DNA of 64,000 nt from Yuukianura sp. NJ FZ-2021. Its lineage: Eukaryota. Shown one piece after another: positions 28,790 to 43,700 of this stretch. The notes under the pieces are model-generated. The model worked only from the letters and a program-made list of their open reading frames with translations. It ran no database searches and had not been told where the DNA came from. The DNA lies in the NCBI GenBank assembly GCA_046563655.1, contig CM102285.1, positions 12,276,001-12,340,000 of the forward strand. The letters run 5' to 3'. The translations under genes were made by a program, and so were the position numbers. Position 1 is the stretch's first letter, and every line of letters starts with the position of its first letter.

Positions 28790-31700
28790 ATGGATGATCA
28801 TGTGGATGTAAGTGTTCTTGTTATTTCATTAAAATTACGCTAGTGGATTCTGAACAAAGAAATCAACTTTGCATTTTGTGGTTTAGGAATTTGGAGAAGA
28901 AGAACACTTTGAAGATTTCACAACAGCTTCGGACTGGGAAGTTTTCACTGCAAACTTGGAGCATATGGTGAATGAATGGCAGTCAAAACCTGTTGAACCG
29001 GAAAATGTGCAAAAGAATTGGACTACACTGCATAATAATATTGTGTATGGAGGTAAGAATGTTATGAATACGATGATATCTTACAAACAATTCGTAAAAA
29101 AGTAGAGCAAAACATAATTTGGAATTTTTTAAACTACTTTTTAGACAAGTCGTTTAAAGTTAGCTTCTACAACAGAGGATCTACCACTGGTGACACTGAC
29201 AACAATGTCTCCTTCTCTGTCGACTCCAGCAAATCGTCAAACGTTCGTCTGCCTCCTTACCTCGACTCTATTACAGACAATGTCAAGGAATTTCCGCTAC
29301 ATTATTCACCGCACATCGTTTCGGAGTTGTTTCACTTGACGGAGTTTGCTGTCATTTCTCCAGAAAAGAAGCCGATTCGAGATGAGTCAGAGCTGAAGCT
29401 GATTTTGAGTTCGGCATGTATTGCTCTGAATAATACAAACAGGTACTATGACACCAATTCAATTCTGACACGATAGAACAACGTTTTATGCCTTACTGAC
29501 AATCTTTTGAATTTCGTGTAGCAACTTCCCCATCATGGTGCAATATCATCAGAGGCCGCAAAATTTTTTTTGCGGGATAGCTGAATCCAATGGAACCAGA
29601 ACGTCCTTCCAGATGATACATCTCAGAAACTTTTCAAAGGAATACAACTATTTGTCTGGACTACTTGCCTTGTTCAACTCAAAAATTGGAATGAAGTTAC
29701 CCACACCCATTGGAATCACTGCCCACTTTTTCTACAATACCAAAGTGTGGCATCCTGATTACACGTTCGAAACGGATTTTGTGGATGCCATGGAATATAT
29801 CAAAGCTGCCAACAACAATTTGTCCACCGATGATACATCAAATGTCGCTTCACTTTCCTGGAAGGACTATCATGCTTTCACAACTTTTCTTCCGTTTGGA
29901 TGCTCAGATGACCCCTTCGCTGGCTTAAGTTTGGTCGTCGGATGGCCCTCGCTGACTGAAGATGCTGTTGTGGACACCAGTACCTATTCAGATCTGGATC
30001 CGAACCAAGCTCCAGAGTGGTACTTTGGGCTCCAACCGAATAATCAATTAGATTTCAGATTGACGGAGTTGCTCGAGGCAGTTTGGAATTTGCAGAAGGA
30101 TAACAAGCCAATTGAAGAAGTTCTGGGGAAGAAACTAGGAAAAAGTGAGGTTTATTTCTTTATTTTAATGAATTGTAAAATGAAAACGAGTTTTTAGCCA
30201 AAAATGTAATTTTGTGTTTACTGTATTCTTTTACAGACGACATGCAGTACACCTCCGCTTTGGATAAGATTGCTCTAGGAGTTTCACCGTTACCGGTCGT
30301 AAACCGTGTAATTACTAACGTCAACAAAGCTCAGAGGCAACTTTTGTTCTCTCCTCTTCTCTACGTCGATCTTCCTCCAGTAGAAAAAGAAGATATGGAT
30401 TCCATTCTCAACTACCTGTTTCCTGATGCTATTCCAAATTCAAAATATCCATATCCAGCTACTTTCGACAAATTACCGGAGTTTACCAGACCAGATTTGC
30501 AGGCGTTGGTGGTAAGAATCATTTTTACTTTATATAAAAATAGTTGCTCATGAGTTGGATGTTAAAATCTAAACTAATGTTATTTCAACATTGAACTTAG
30601 GATGGATTTCAAGGAGTCAAATCTGCTCCCATGGGAAGTTTAGTATGGAGACTGGCAATTGTACTTTCCAGTCATACTACTGCTGGTTACGGAAACGTAG
30701 CTCATATCTGGGCTGAACTTATTATGGAACTACGCTATCGCTGGGAGAACTCTATTCTGATCTCCGGGTGAGTCGAAATGAACTTTCTTTGATTCTGTTT
30801 CCTTTTACAGTAAGATTTTAAGACGCGAAGCATTTTTTAAACAATGGTTTAGAACAGCTTTAAAAAGGAAACGCGTAACAAAGAATTGCCTTTAGAGCTG
30901 TACCAAATCCCTTCTGGTTGCATTTTGAGCTACGTAAACATCCATGTCATGGTCTGTCCAGTTGTCCGGAGTGTCATAACCGCTTAAAGTATTTATAGAG
31001 TCGCAAGTACTAAAACGAGTTCCGTTTTCTGGTCGACGTTTTCGGTGACTGTCATCGGTATGCCTTGAACCACTTTTCGAACTTTTCGATTTCGGATTTC
31101 CAAGCGGCAGTTCTTGAAAAGCTTTTCCTCCCATGCTAGCTCGAAGTAAACGGCTTTGGTTATTGAGGTAACTGTTTACTACTGGAGCATGACTGTGACG
31201 ATGATTGTAACTTGTGTTGTGATGTGAATGATGTGAGCTCAAGTAGCTTCGACTACTGGACTCATGGACAGACCGTGGTTGACTGCCCGGTTGACCTTGG
31301 TGGTGATGATGTGAGTGTTGTCCCGGTAGAATTACTCTTGAAGGTACAGTTCCATGGCTTGATCCGTCCATCGTTGTGTTATAAACTCTTGCTCTGGGGA
31401 TACTTCGAGTAGAAATTCCAGACAATTGATCCCAATCACAATCTTTGGCCATTGAGCCTGCAGGGATAATTGGTAAGGGCCCTGGGCGGGGAGATGGAGT
31501 AGAAAATGACCCCTGCTGAATCTGTAAAAAAATTATTAACAATGACTCGGCAGGAAATACTTTCAAGTAGTTGTTTGCAATTTGCAAACCTTTGACATGA
31601 TGGGAGAATCTAGTCTGTTTTGTTTGGCTCTGCGTGTGATCACGATGAAGATGAAAACAGCGATTAGAATGGCCAAGAATATGGCGACGCTGGCTCCTAT

Positions 31701-34700
31701 TGTAACTTTCTCCATGTGATTCATAAGGGCGTGAGATGAACTGGGTTTCATTTCACGACATTGACTTCCCGGCGGAATCGCTGAAGGGCTGGTACTAATT
31801 TCGTTGTAGACGATTTCTTCGTAAGGCACGACACAAATCACAATGCATTCCTAAAAAAAATATGAGGGTACGATTTTTTGAGGTTTTGATGTATAAGTTG
31901 TAAAAGTTATAAATTATGAAAATTATATTCATCCTCTTTTATAATCCTAACGGGTCTGGAGCGAAGCCCCAGCAAGCATGCGCATTATGTTTGTAAAAAT
32001 TATAGAGATTCTAAATTCAGGAAATTATAAATTATAAATTATAAAAGTTGTAAATTATAAACTATGGTCATACGTACACTGAAGGGAATATTCTGTATCC
32101 TGTATTCTCTTTCGCTAGGTGCCAATGGCGGTCCATGTCGAAACGTATCTTCTCCAAACATTCTGTAGATGATTCGGAAGCCACCTTGTTTCGTACTTTC
32201 CCATTGTACAAGAATTGATTCTCCGAGTCTCTCTATGTCAGTGATTTCAATATCAGAAGATTCTGGAAAAGCTAAATCGTTTGATGGTGGAGGATGGACA
32301 TGGACATGCTTGTTGTGTTGCGTCGTTTCTGGAGTACTTGGCTGTGCAGTACTAGTTTTTACACGTTGAATAGACGTTTTGATTGCAGATACCGTTGTTG
32401 TCGTCGTGGTCGTAGGTGTCGGAGCAGGAGTCACCCGTACTTTTACAATACTTGCAGGCTTTGCCGAAGTTCCAAGTCGTGGTCCATGGCCGCTGATTAC
32501 AGGGATTCTGGAATCATCAAAATCTGCACCAGGTTTAAATTCATAAGTCGGTTTTTTGGTGGTAAGAACTGTAGATAAAGCGGGATTTGTGGCTTGCGTC
32601 GGCGTGCTTTGTAAAGATCTGCCGTTATGTGCGGATGAAATGATGGTACTTGTACTGCTTGTGGTGGAAATGACGGGTTTCGGAGCAGATTTGTTAACAT
32701 GTTGATTTGCGGTTGACGACGTGATTTGTGTGAAATTCTTTGTTGTGGTATTTTGATTCTGAGATTCTGACGGAATTAGTAGAAATTGTTTAACAAGTGG
32801 TCTAAATGTACTGGCTTTACTTTCTGCTTCTTCTGTCAAGTCTTGATAGAAAGGTGAATCGTCCATGTCTCCAATTCCAGCATTTTCGGCAGCATTTTGA
32901 GTAGATGGGGATGGTTTGTTGATTGCTTTTTGCAAAACGTCACGAATTGAGTCAACATCGTGCGAGACGTTGACGTTGATCGAATCAGTTCCAGTACTCC
33001 GATGTGAGTTGCCTAACGTTTCATTTTTACCGTTTTGTGTTTGAAGTTGAACTACTTTCGGTTGCTTCGATTCGGTTCTGGTTAGCGGTTTTGCGTCAAT
33101 CACTCTCGTAATCGTTGAAGTAACGGTAGACATTGAAGAAGTCATGTTCGGTTCGCAGTGGAAATCTGAAGCAGTTGATTTGCGAAAATTCAAAAAAAGA
33201 GTTAAGCTCTTAATATCTAATTTCTGTGGTTTCGAAATAATTTGGATTTACCTTCGTGTTTCAGTTCATAGAAGGTCAAACGTCGCAGTTCTGGCGGATT
33301 ACCGCAAAATTGTGGATTTCTTTCTCTGCTCGTAATTTGGAGGTCATACCACTGAACCCAGTCGGCAATCCACCGAATCCGACAGTCACAACTGAGAAAG
33401 CGACCGCCAAGACTTAATCCGCGCAACGTTTTGTTCAGATTTGCGAACGGTTCGACAGGAAGCGTAGGCAACGGATTTCCATCTAATGCGAGAAGTGTCA
33501 GCTTCGTCAGTCCCTCGAAAGCATTCTGCGGAAGTTCTGTTAGCAAATTGAAACCGAGATCCAGTACCTAGGAAGATGCTGAATTTTAGCACTGAAATCG
33601 CTTTTTACTGAGCATTAGAAGTTTAGAGCAACCTTAAGTTCGTGGAGATACTCGAGAGCATCGCGCGGAAACTGGGTCAGAAGATTGTTTAGAAGGCTGA
33701 GAGAGCTCAGGGTGCTGCTGATTTTTCTGAAAGCTGACGATGGTACGTTCTGTAACAAGTTTCTTTCGAGGTTCAGCGCTGAAAGGGAATGGACGTTTCG
33801 GAATGGACTTGGATCGAGTTCCCGAATTCGGTTTTGGGCCAAGTCCAGAAATCCGAGCAGCGATAGATTCCCAATGGCTTCGGGTACTTGAGTCAGCCGA
33901 GTTCCTTTGAAAAAATTCGGGATTTAATAGAAGCTGAAAAGAGTTTTTAGAGAAGTTACAAACATCTAATGCCCGTATACATAATGACGGTTCACCCGTA
34001 ACCTACGGATCAGGATTTGGTGAGACCGATCCGGGGGTCAGGATCACACTAATCCGTGAACGGTATACATAATATAATCTTGAGCGGTGGATTTGTAAAT
34101 CCGGTTCACCTGAACGTGATCATCGGATTACTCATTTTTACATTCCACATTTAAATACTTCAACAACAATGTATTATGTTGATTAAAAATGTGACAAGTT
34201 TAATGCTCCTTTTATTTTCAGGTGGCAAAGTTTTCAAACTTTCTATAACACAACACCATTTTTGTTGTGTTTTATTAAAGTAATTAACGAAATAGTTAAT
34301 GATTCAATTAATTTCTGAACAAAATAGGAAACTAATGGGACAAAATGCGGCCATGCTGTGCATATACTGCGCAAGCACTGCGCAAGTACTGCGCAAGCAC
34401 TGCGCAAGCACTGCGCACTGCGCAAGTACTGCGCAAGCACTAGGCACTGCGCACTGCGCAAGTACTGCGCAAGCACTGCGCACTGCGCAAGCACTGCGCA
34501 CTGCGCACTGCGCAAGCACTGCGCAAGCACTGCGCAAGCACTGCGCACTGCGCACTGCGCAAGTACTGCGCAAGCACTGCGCACTGCGCAATAACTGCGC
34601 ACTGCGCAAGCACTGCGCACTGCGCAAGCACTGCGCACTGCGCAAGCACTGCGCAAGTGCTGCGCAAGCACTGCGCACTGCGCAAGCACTGCGCACTGCG

Positions 34701-37700
34701 CAAGTACTGCGCACTGCGCACTGCGCAAGCACCGCGCACTGCGCAAGAAGTTGAAATTTATATAAAAACTTTAGTTCTATAAATTCTAAAAGTTTTTTCT
34801 GACATTTATAACGCAAACTCCTTAATAAAACTGAACGCTTAACTCGTGGGAAAAGAATATACTAAACAAAAATTAAAATAATTCCAGTTGAATCAAGTGG
34901 TGAACCTACCCCTATACCAGGGTCACGAATTTTGATCCCGATCATAGTGATCCGGTTTACTTTTTTGTATTATGTATACGAATATAACCCTGAGCGAGGG
35001 ATCAAACAAATTTTTGATCCGAGGTTTACGTGAGCGGGTCACCGATGACCTCGAGACTCATTATGTATAGGGATCAGGGTGATCGGTTCAACTTTTCATG
35101 ATCGGATCACCGTGATCCGGCATTATGTATACGAGCATAAGATTCTTGTTTTAGAAACCTTTGAGATTAAGATTTTTAAGTGAATTTTCAAGGCCCTTGA
35201 AAGCAGTAGGTTCCAGTTGGAGATTGTTGTCATTTAGCTTGAGAGTGGTAAGTTTTGTAAGTGTTTGAAAAGAGTTGTTGGGTACTTGAGTGATCCTATT
35301 GTGACTGAGGTCTAAGAGGCTTAAATTGACAAGATTAGCTAATGGCCTCTTAGGAACTTCCTTCAGTTGATTTGTAGTGAGACTTAAGTGCTTCAATGTA
35401 GATTCTTGTCCTTTGAAGGCTTCGTCATGAAGAGACTTAATTCCACACCCAGACATTTGTAAACTTGTCTAAAAAATGAAAAATAGAAGCTCAAGAGAAA
35501 AATCGGGTAAAAATTGAAAACCGTGAAAACGAATTTCGACTTTGATGTAATTTGAAAGTGATTCATTGCATAACTCGTAAAGGTGCAACCAGTTGCAAAA
35601 TCTATGCTAAAGTGGACAGACCACCTTCATTACTTTCACTCTCTGAATGGAAATTTAATTGGATTCAGGAGCAGGTTTTAAATTGCTTCGAGGTACAAGA
35701 ACGATTTTAAATTTGAGTCATGAAAAATGAGAGGGGATTTTTGAAAAATGAAAATTTTGGTTTGAGTTTAAAGGAAATTGAATCTGTTATGGTCATTTTA
35801 TTCGGTTTTTTAGGGTGATAGAGGTCAAAAACCTCCAGGAACAGTAGGGATTTGATTGGCAGTTCAATTTAACATGGATTTTTGACAATGCCCGGGGCCA
35901 AATGAGGGTCAAGTCGACGGGGTTTCTGTTTATAGCCAATTTGTTAAGGTTGATGTGTTCCGGGTTTCAAAAAAAAATCTAGTTTTCAGACAGGAGATGG
36001 AAGAAGAAAATTGAAATTTGGCCATACGATTTTGACATCTTTGAATATGGAAGGAGGGACTTGTCCATTTGAATCCGTGACACGACTTGAATTCAGATAG
36101 AGCAGTTCAAGATTTTCTACTTTCCCACGGTGACTGAGTAGCGAAACTAATTGAGATGCTTCGATATCGTGACATTGGATGCTGAGGAGACCACTGGGTC
36201 CTGGAGACTTGGCACATTGACAACGGGATTTAAGGGCGGAGGGAACGCGGATGTCTTTGGTCCAGGGACACTGATACTGATGCTGCGTAGAGTCTTGAGA
36301 AGTACTGCTTATGACTATCCCTTGAACGGAAATTAGAATGAAAAGTGTGGAGAATGGTGGTGACAAGCAGGTTTGTCTCCATTTTCGTTTGTAATAAGGA
36401 AGACAGTTGGACTGTGACGCTGAGGAAGTCTTCATCCTCTTATTGTTGATTGGATTCGGTGTTAGTTCATACAGGAAATGGCCAAATCGTAAAAATCCTG
36501 TAACAATTACAATAACAAAGAGGTTAGTTGGAAAATTGCAGAAAAAAAAATCAGGCTAGTCATGGATTTTTGTTGTAAGGTGGAAAATTTTAGTGAGATT
36601 TTTGGTTCTTGGATGAAAATTGTTTTAAGGATTTGCTGATTTCCCTATTTAAAATTTAAATTACTCTTCTGGTTTTTTGGTCGAAATTTCAATTTCCAAC
36701 TTTTTTGGTTAGGATGATGAGGAAGATGATGTTTTAAAATACTTTTGGTTGTTTGTTTTATTCTCTTTTTGCAGTATTTGGTTGAGTGAGTTCATTGAAT
36801 TGACAAGCAGATGTCGAAGTCTAATTTGGATGTTGATGATGATGGTGGCTGGCAGTGGGAGAAATTAAGGAGTACATAAAAACGAAGTGATTTTTTCTCT
36901 TATGCTGTCGCAGTACTTTTATGCTTTTGATGTCCAAGTATTTGTCTGGTACTTTATTTTCGAAACTGATGGTTTTAATCGAAATACGTTCCGCCCATAC
37001 GAGCTGAGGAGAAAGTTCGCAGAATGACTCGATTTTTTGCTTGTCGGAAGATGCCTAAACCATGTTTTAAAAATATACAACACGGAAATTAGCATGTTGA
37101 AACTAAGATTTGATTTTTTGCCATTTCAAATTTTTGGGGATCAAACTTAGCTATATTTCATGCAAAAGTCAGATAGCATAGCCTCCAGTAGCATTTATCA
37201 AATGTGGAAACGGTAAAATTCAAAAATTTTCTTCTCTTTTTTTTTTTGCATCGTTCAAACAATTCCATTTAATTTGCATCTCAGATGGAAATTAAATTGA
37301 ATTGTTTGAGCATTGTCAATATAATTATGCTTGGATGACTTACGGTAGTGACACGATTTTTTCTGTTGCTTTGTTGTTTACTAACTAAGAGACAAAAGAA
37401 ATGTAAAGAACAATGGAAAGTGTCAAATCTTGTGGAAGATAATTCATTCCCAATGTCTTGAGAATTAGTACTAGCTTCTTTTTGAATTGAAGCCAAAAAG
37501 AATTGAATTGAACCTTCTAAATCATCTCCGTCTGCTCACCATGTGTCATCTTCGTCAGGGAAAAGTAAGGAATGGTTGATCACAATTTAATTCAATGAAT
37601 GTAATTTGTCTGCCATGTCATTCGTCACAAAATGCTTTCTCTTTTTGAATTTAAAGGATATCAATTCTAATGCTAAATTGTAAGTGTAACATATGCCAAA

Positions 37701-40700
37701 TTGTAGGAAAGAGATGAGGCAAATGATGGATTGATGACATGAACAATTACGCACAAAAACGGAGTTTTAGCTATTGAAATTTTGGACTTTCATTTTCCAA
37801 GTTCTTTTGTTCGGTTTCTTCAGGAAGTGAATTTACTGCATTTCTCTGTACTTTGAGATCTTTTTTTGAATATTATTGACATGTACTGAATTGAATTTGC
37901 CTAATTTAGAAGCAATTTTGACCTCCAAAGACCAAAATTGAATTGGATTATTGTTTGGTTGTCTTTATAATCAATCAGTAGACTACGTTAGATTAATCGA
38001 TTTTTAAGTTAACAATGAACTTAACTTTTAATTTCATTTTTTGCTGAAAACTTTTATTGTCTTCTCTTGTTAAACTTTTAAAAGTTAAATAGTTTCCTGA
38101 GCACGCATTTCCTTTAATTGCCAATCAGTAACAACAACGTTAACTTAAAGTGGTTTTTGCACTGACCTCGCTCTGGCCCACGATATTTAGTTACGATTTC
38201 GATGATTTGTTGTGATAGAAAAAGGAGCATGCTGGCCTAACTAACGTAATGTCAGATTTGGTGTACCTTCTACAAACGATTTAAGAAAAACAAAGTGTGT
38301 AAGGCAGTACATTGTTATTATTGCCAGTATTGTATCGAAATTGGCGTGACGCACGGTAGCCTGAGTACACTTTGTTTGACTTTCTTGAAATGGAATTTTT
38401 TGCGAAGTTTTTATCCTCGCTAAATTAGTGTTTTGCAACAACTGTAAGCTTTTTGACTAAATAACGCTGTTACGTAACTCTATTTACCTACTAACAAACC
38501 CTACCAAAAGTCCTAAGTCATGAACTGTAACAGTAAACCACTTCTGCATTGAGCTAGATTGAGTCCGAAACGCAATTTAAAATCTCAATGTCATTTGGTT
38601 TTGCTTCTGTAGGTAGGAATGTTCCTTAAAATGACGAATTAGTGCATGCTCGTGTCACTTGAAGATCATTTAACACCTTGACTTGCACTTTGACAATGCT
38701 GTGCAATACTTTAGACTTGGAGTGAGGAAACATAAAGTAATTAGTTGCAAGATTTTTAATCTTGACGCAAGGATCGTGATCTTAAGAAGGTGCTACCTGA
38801 TTACTGTCATTTTAAATCAGGCAATATGCAGGATGTTAACCTTGCCAAAAGCATGATCTTTGATTAATTCTTGAATGAATAGGGCATGAGTGAGTGATTG
38901 TGATCAATTATCACCTGTATTAACCCTAATGATATGGAATGTTGAGCATTTAAGAGATTGGAACAAGTTGCAATTTGCAATTTCCAACTTGCACAGTGTG
39001 ATTGTTTTTTAAAGGATTTCCTAATAGCTCAGACTTGTAATAAATCTTGAGTGACCTCCTAGGGCAAGTCAATTCAATCGAACTAATTAAAAAAGTTGGA
39101 GTTAAGAAATGAAATTTACTACTATGCAAAAACTAACTTGTCCAAGTCTAATTTCGCAAGAGGGACGATCTTAACACTTTATTGTTAAGAGTAACTAATG
39201 AGTAATTTAGAATTTTATGGTTATGCTGAAATTACATTGGGTTTGAATTGCTTCTTTGGTACTTAAAACGTTTTAGGAAGTGATTTCATGATCATGACTT
39301 TTGAATTTGGTAGGTTTTAATCAGGCAGAACTAACTAACTATGTTTTGTTGGATTTTTGGTGTAGGGAGAAAGTTTAAAAGCTAAGGAAATATGTAATGT
39401 GTGCAACAGTTACAGTTTTTTGTTCCTTTTTTGCTTTAATAATATCACTGGTTACATATCGACTTCGACACGCCAAATGACTTTAAACACACACGGAAGT
39501 AGTGTGATTATTAAGTCCGAGCGCGTTTTAGAAAGATTGCGTCTGATTTTTACACATATAAAGTAGAGCTGTTGAGAAAAGTGCAGGAAGGAAGCTTATA
39601 AAACGTTCAGAAGCAGAACTTTAACAAACTTTCTTGACGCTTTTTTGACATATTGATTATTGTTTTTACACTTTTTGAGTTGAATTGGATGAAAATTTGA
39701 TTGATGTGTGATTTAAGTTTTTTAGCAAGGGGATTTGTTGTGTTGATTAGGGAAATGTCGTAGGGATTTTTTTGAACAAGCTGAGGATAAAATGAAAAAT
39801 GGTTTAAAAAAACTGTGAGTCTTGAGGCTTTTTTTTGTAATAAAATGGTTGTAAAAATTTGAAAGTTGGATTTTTATAACGGCATGCCAGTGAGTCTTGT
39901 TATGTTAAGCGTAGTTTAAAATATGTCTCATCACTTGGGTTGAAATCTGGGTAGAAAAAGAAAATGACAGGATTTAGGGTAGGAAGCGGACCGGAAATTG
40001 TGGAGCAAATTTTAATCCGCCTCATCACCACTTCAGTTTTGTTCTTTTTGTACCCAAATTATCACTTTGTCTCACGCTAAAACAAAAGTTGCCTGAAAAG
40101 CTGAAATTTCTTGAAATTTTTTGAAGAATTAGGTTAAAAAAATTTTTTAAGTTACTGGGAATACGTGGATAAAATTTTACTGCGTTGGGTTTGAATTCCA
40201 AGCTTGCGGAAGTTATGTGAATAATGCACTGAAGCTCGAAGATCGAGTTTCATTTTGAGATCAAAAACTTTCGTTTTGGTTTTGTTTACACTTTTTTGGT
40301 CGAAATTTCGCAATGAATTTTGGCTTTGAACTTTTAATTTTGTTTTAATTTGATATGTTGGGTGAATGACTCCGGTGTGATTTCCGTTTTTAGTTTGTGT
40401 GACCTCTAATGCTTGTAACAGGACACTTTAGGAGATGTAATCTGACATTTTTCATAGTTTTTTTTTCTAATTGATACTTTGTAACGCTGTTTAATCCGTT
40501 TACCTTGGAATTTGACGCTTCAGAAGTTGAATGTCCTGTTAGTATGGTGTTGAATGTTGAAGAGTTTCCGGTTCAGAAGTTATGTTCAAGGTGAAGTAAT
40601 CGGTTTAACAACGAAAACGCGAGAACAAATTTTTATGGGTCTTAATGCTGGATTTTCTAACACTTTTAGGTTTCACGTGAGAATCCGTTGGAATCACTTC

Positions 40701-43700
40701 CGCTTTTGTCTTGAGTCGAAACTATTATTCTACCTACATCTTTCCCATTTTTAGTCACTCAACCGAAATACATTTTGGGCACTACTGGATGAGTACTAAA
40801 ATGTTTAAATTCGATTTGATGTGCACTGCTGAACATGATTTCTTCTTGGGCGTGCACAAAACTTATGTTTTGCTGTAGATTTTGTTGGTGAAGTGTCAAA
40901 GATGAAACTGTTTTAACATGATTGTACCAGAAAGTAAGTTCTGGTCAGTTTTTTGAGAATTCGGGAGACTTATTAAGGTTCTTCTACACTAGTCAGAGAC
41001 GAGGAGACCACTGATTTTAAATTCAAACTTCTTTTTGGAATGTATCTCATTGTTGGGTCAGATCTGTTGTGTGTTAGGAGTCAGGGAAGGAAAAAGTGAT
41101 GTAGAGGGAGTGCTTGGATTTTTATTGTTGAATCTCTTCTCACAGTGATCTGGTAGTTGGATGCATGAACAATTTTTTCTTAGTTTTTTATCCCCGAATT
41201 CTTGTGACTAGGGTTCCTTAAAATAGGAAAAGGTGGAAGCAAGAATGACACAGATTTCGAGAAAATACTGTTTTTTAAAATATTAAAAGTAAAAACAAAA
41301 GTTATTTTAAGTTTTGTTTTGCAATGTTAATTTAACATGTACAAGTGGAAATTGTGCCAGAAGTGCTGTTATTTACAACTGAAACTGAAGTTTTCCTGTA
41401 GACGTGAAAATTTGGAAAACTTTGTCTGGCGTGTATGTTGTGCAATTTGATTATTATGAATAGCTTGTAATTTGTTCTTGCTCATTTTGTTATTCAAATT
41501 TTGAAAACTTTCAAATTGCAATTTGAACAATTACTTTGGAAATTACTAAAAGTGCTTATTAAAGTGGGTGGGACAACACTTTGTAACGTTTATACGCAGA
41601 TTTTTGTTCTCACGTTTTAATTACTCTCACTTGTTTCTCCGTTTTTACCATTATACGCTTTTCCCGTCTTAATTACTAAACGATGTAACTAGGAAGTTAA
41701 ACTTTTGAAAAAAAATTACCGTCTACACTAAAATGTCACTCAAACTTCAAAAAATTTTAGTGCTGCTTAGTATAACTTTTTAAAGCTGCAAGGTACAAAA
41801 GCACCTCAAGATGACAATTGACGGTGAAATCTGGCTATTTAGAATCTCTTACAATTAAGGCAGCTGTGGGAAGAAAGTTGACAATTTGACAAAAAGCGTA
41901 GTGGAACTTAATTACATGAGGGGTAATGGAGCTTCATTTGATTTGAGACGTGGTATGAAAGTTATGGCAAGATTCTGTACTAAGTTTATTTTGTGTGGAT
42001 TGATGTGCAGTGAGATCGTGCTATAAAAAAGTTGCGTAAAAAGCATTTAATGACAGGATTTTTTGGTCACTTTTGTGGATTATTACATAAATTGCAAGAG
42101 ACAAGCGAGTCATGTTTGTGTATATGTGAAATTTTGATTGAAATTTTGCAATACTAATTCTTAATGGTGGTGATAGGTGAGCATCAACTTTTAACATTTT
42201 ACATTTTAATGATAGACTGGTTCTTCACTTGATTGCACTTGTACAGTAGTGCATTGAATTCTTGAAGATTCATCAATTCAGTTGCTTAATACGAGCGTAA
42301 CTATAAATTCTTGATTCTTAAAATATCACTTTTACTTTTTATGATCTTTAGGCAGGTGATGGGACAATTGTGAATTAGAAGACGAACTTTTTAAGATCTC
42401 TGAGTCCATCAAAGGTTCATTTATTTCACATGTTTAATGGACAGGATTTGTGTGAAGAAGAGGTTGTCGAATAGTAATAAAAGTAAATGTAAGATTGATT
42501 GGTGTTATGAAATGGGAATTGGTTGATTACATTAGTTTTGAACCATAATGAAGAATAAGAACTTTCCTTCTCTGTCTATATATGATGTCCATAGTTGGCT
42601 TTTTAGACTGTCTTTTGATAAATTGTTATTCACACTTCACGCCTAGGTCACGAACTTGAGGCCTTTTTAAGTGTAAGAAAGTGTTGTGGGGCGCAGCAAA
42701 TTGATTGCTTTGTCTAAAGCGTTAGGGTTGGAAGAGTAAAAGCTGAAATGAGCAATTTTTAATAAATTTGATGTAACTGAGGCTTGGTGTTGGAATGATT
42801 GATCCATTTCTGTATGCCCGATCATGCAGGGAAGAGATTGTAATTAATGAATACAAAGGAGGTTGTTAGAATTGCCCTTCGCTTTCTCTTTCTCTCTATT
42901 TTGGTGGTTTAGAAGTTGTTACTACATGTGCCTACAATCTTGATGATACGGAAACGACTTTAGCTTGAAGTCAGGGAGCCTCCACAAAGGAATTGCTAAA
43001 GGTAATCTGGCGGTCTTGAAGGCATTTTGAAATGTTGATGGTTCTGGTGTCATGAGAAGCGGTGGAAAATTTAGACCAACGATTCCACGATTCTTTTTAT
43101 CATTTGGTCGGTCTTTTTTTATTTTTTAATAAGAGTGAGCTCTTGGAGCGTTGAATGAAACAAGTATGGGAGGAATGAGGAATTGGGGATTTCGTTGTAT
43201 TTTATTCGGTGGCAACTGAAGAATGAAGAGAAAGTAGGCAAAAATTTGGCTCGAAGGAAAACGAGGTATGAATATTTGTTTGGAGGCGGAATTAAAACTT
43301 TTGTTTGTAGAAAATCATTTCGCAATTTTATTAGTGTGAATTGGAGGGGATTTGGATTTGCACAATGAAATTGGAGCAAGGACCGAAGGTATGTGTCGGT
43401 TCTCGTCACCCGTAGTTAAATTTCGATTGTCGTAATGGACAAACTATTTAAGAGATTTAGTTGTTTTGATGTTAGAAAATATTTTGATTGCTAAGAGTAG
43501 CTAGGATCAACATTTGAGAGTTTTCAAAATACTTGAAAACTTTTGACTTTTTTATTTGTTCTGCGAGCAATTTAGGTTGCGTAACTTGAATTGGATGCAC
43601 TTTGCTTTTATGATCGTTTAGTTCTCAATTGCAGAATCTAATTTTCAAGTTTTTGAACTATTACGATTGCAAACTCTCGAACATGGTTTAGTTTTTATTT

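Noticed and set aside
31950..31985. GC-rich gggtctggagcgaagccccagc motif in an AT-rich intron
   Set aside because: It resembles a repeat-derived hairpin fragment but is too short to assign.
34243..34816. Cys/Ala/Arg-rich ORFs in several frames (metallothionein-like appearance)
   Set aside because: They are translations of the stop-free TGCGCA satellite, open on both strands.
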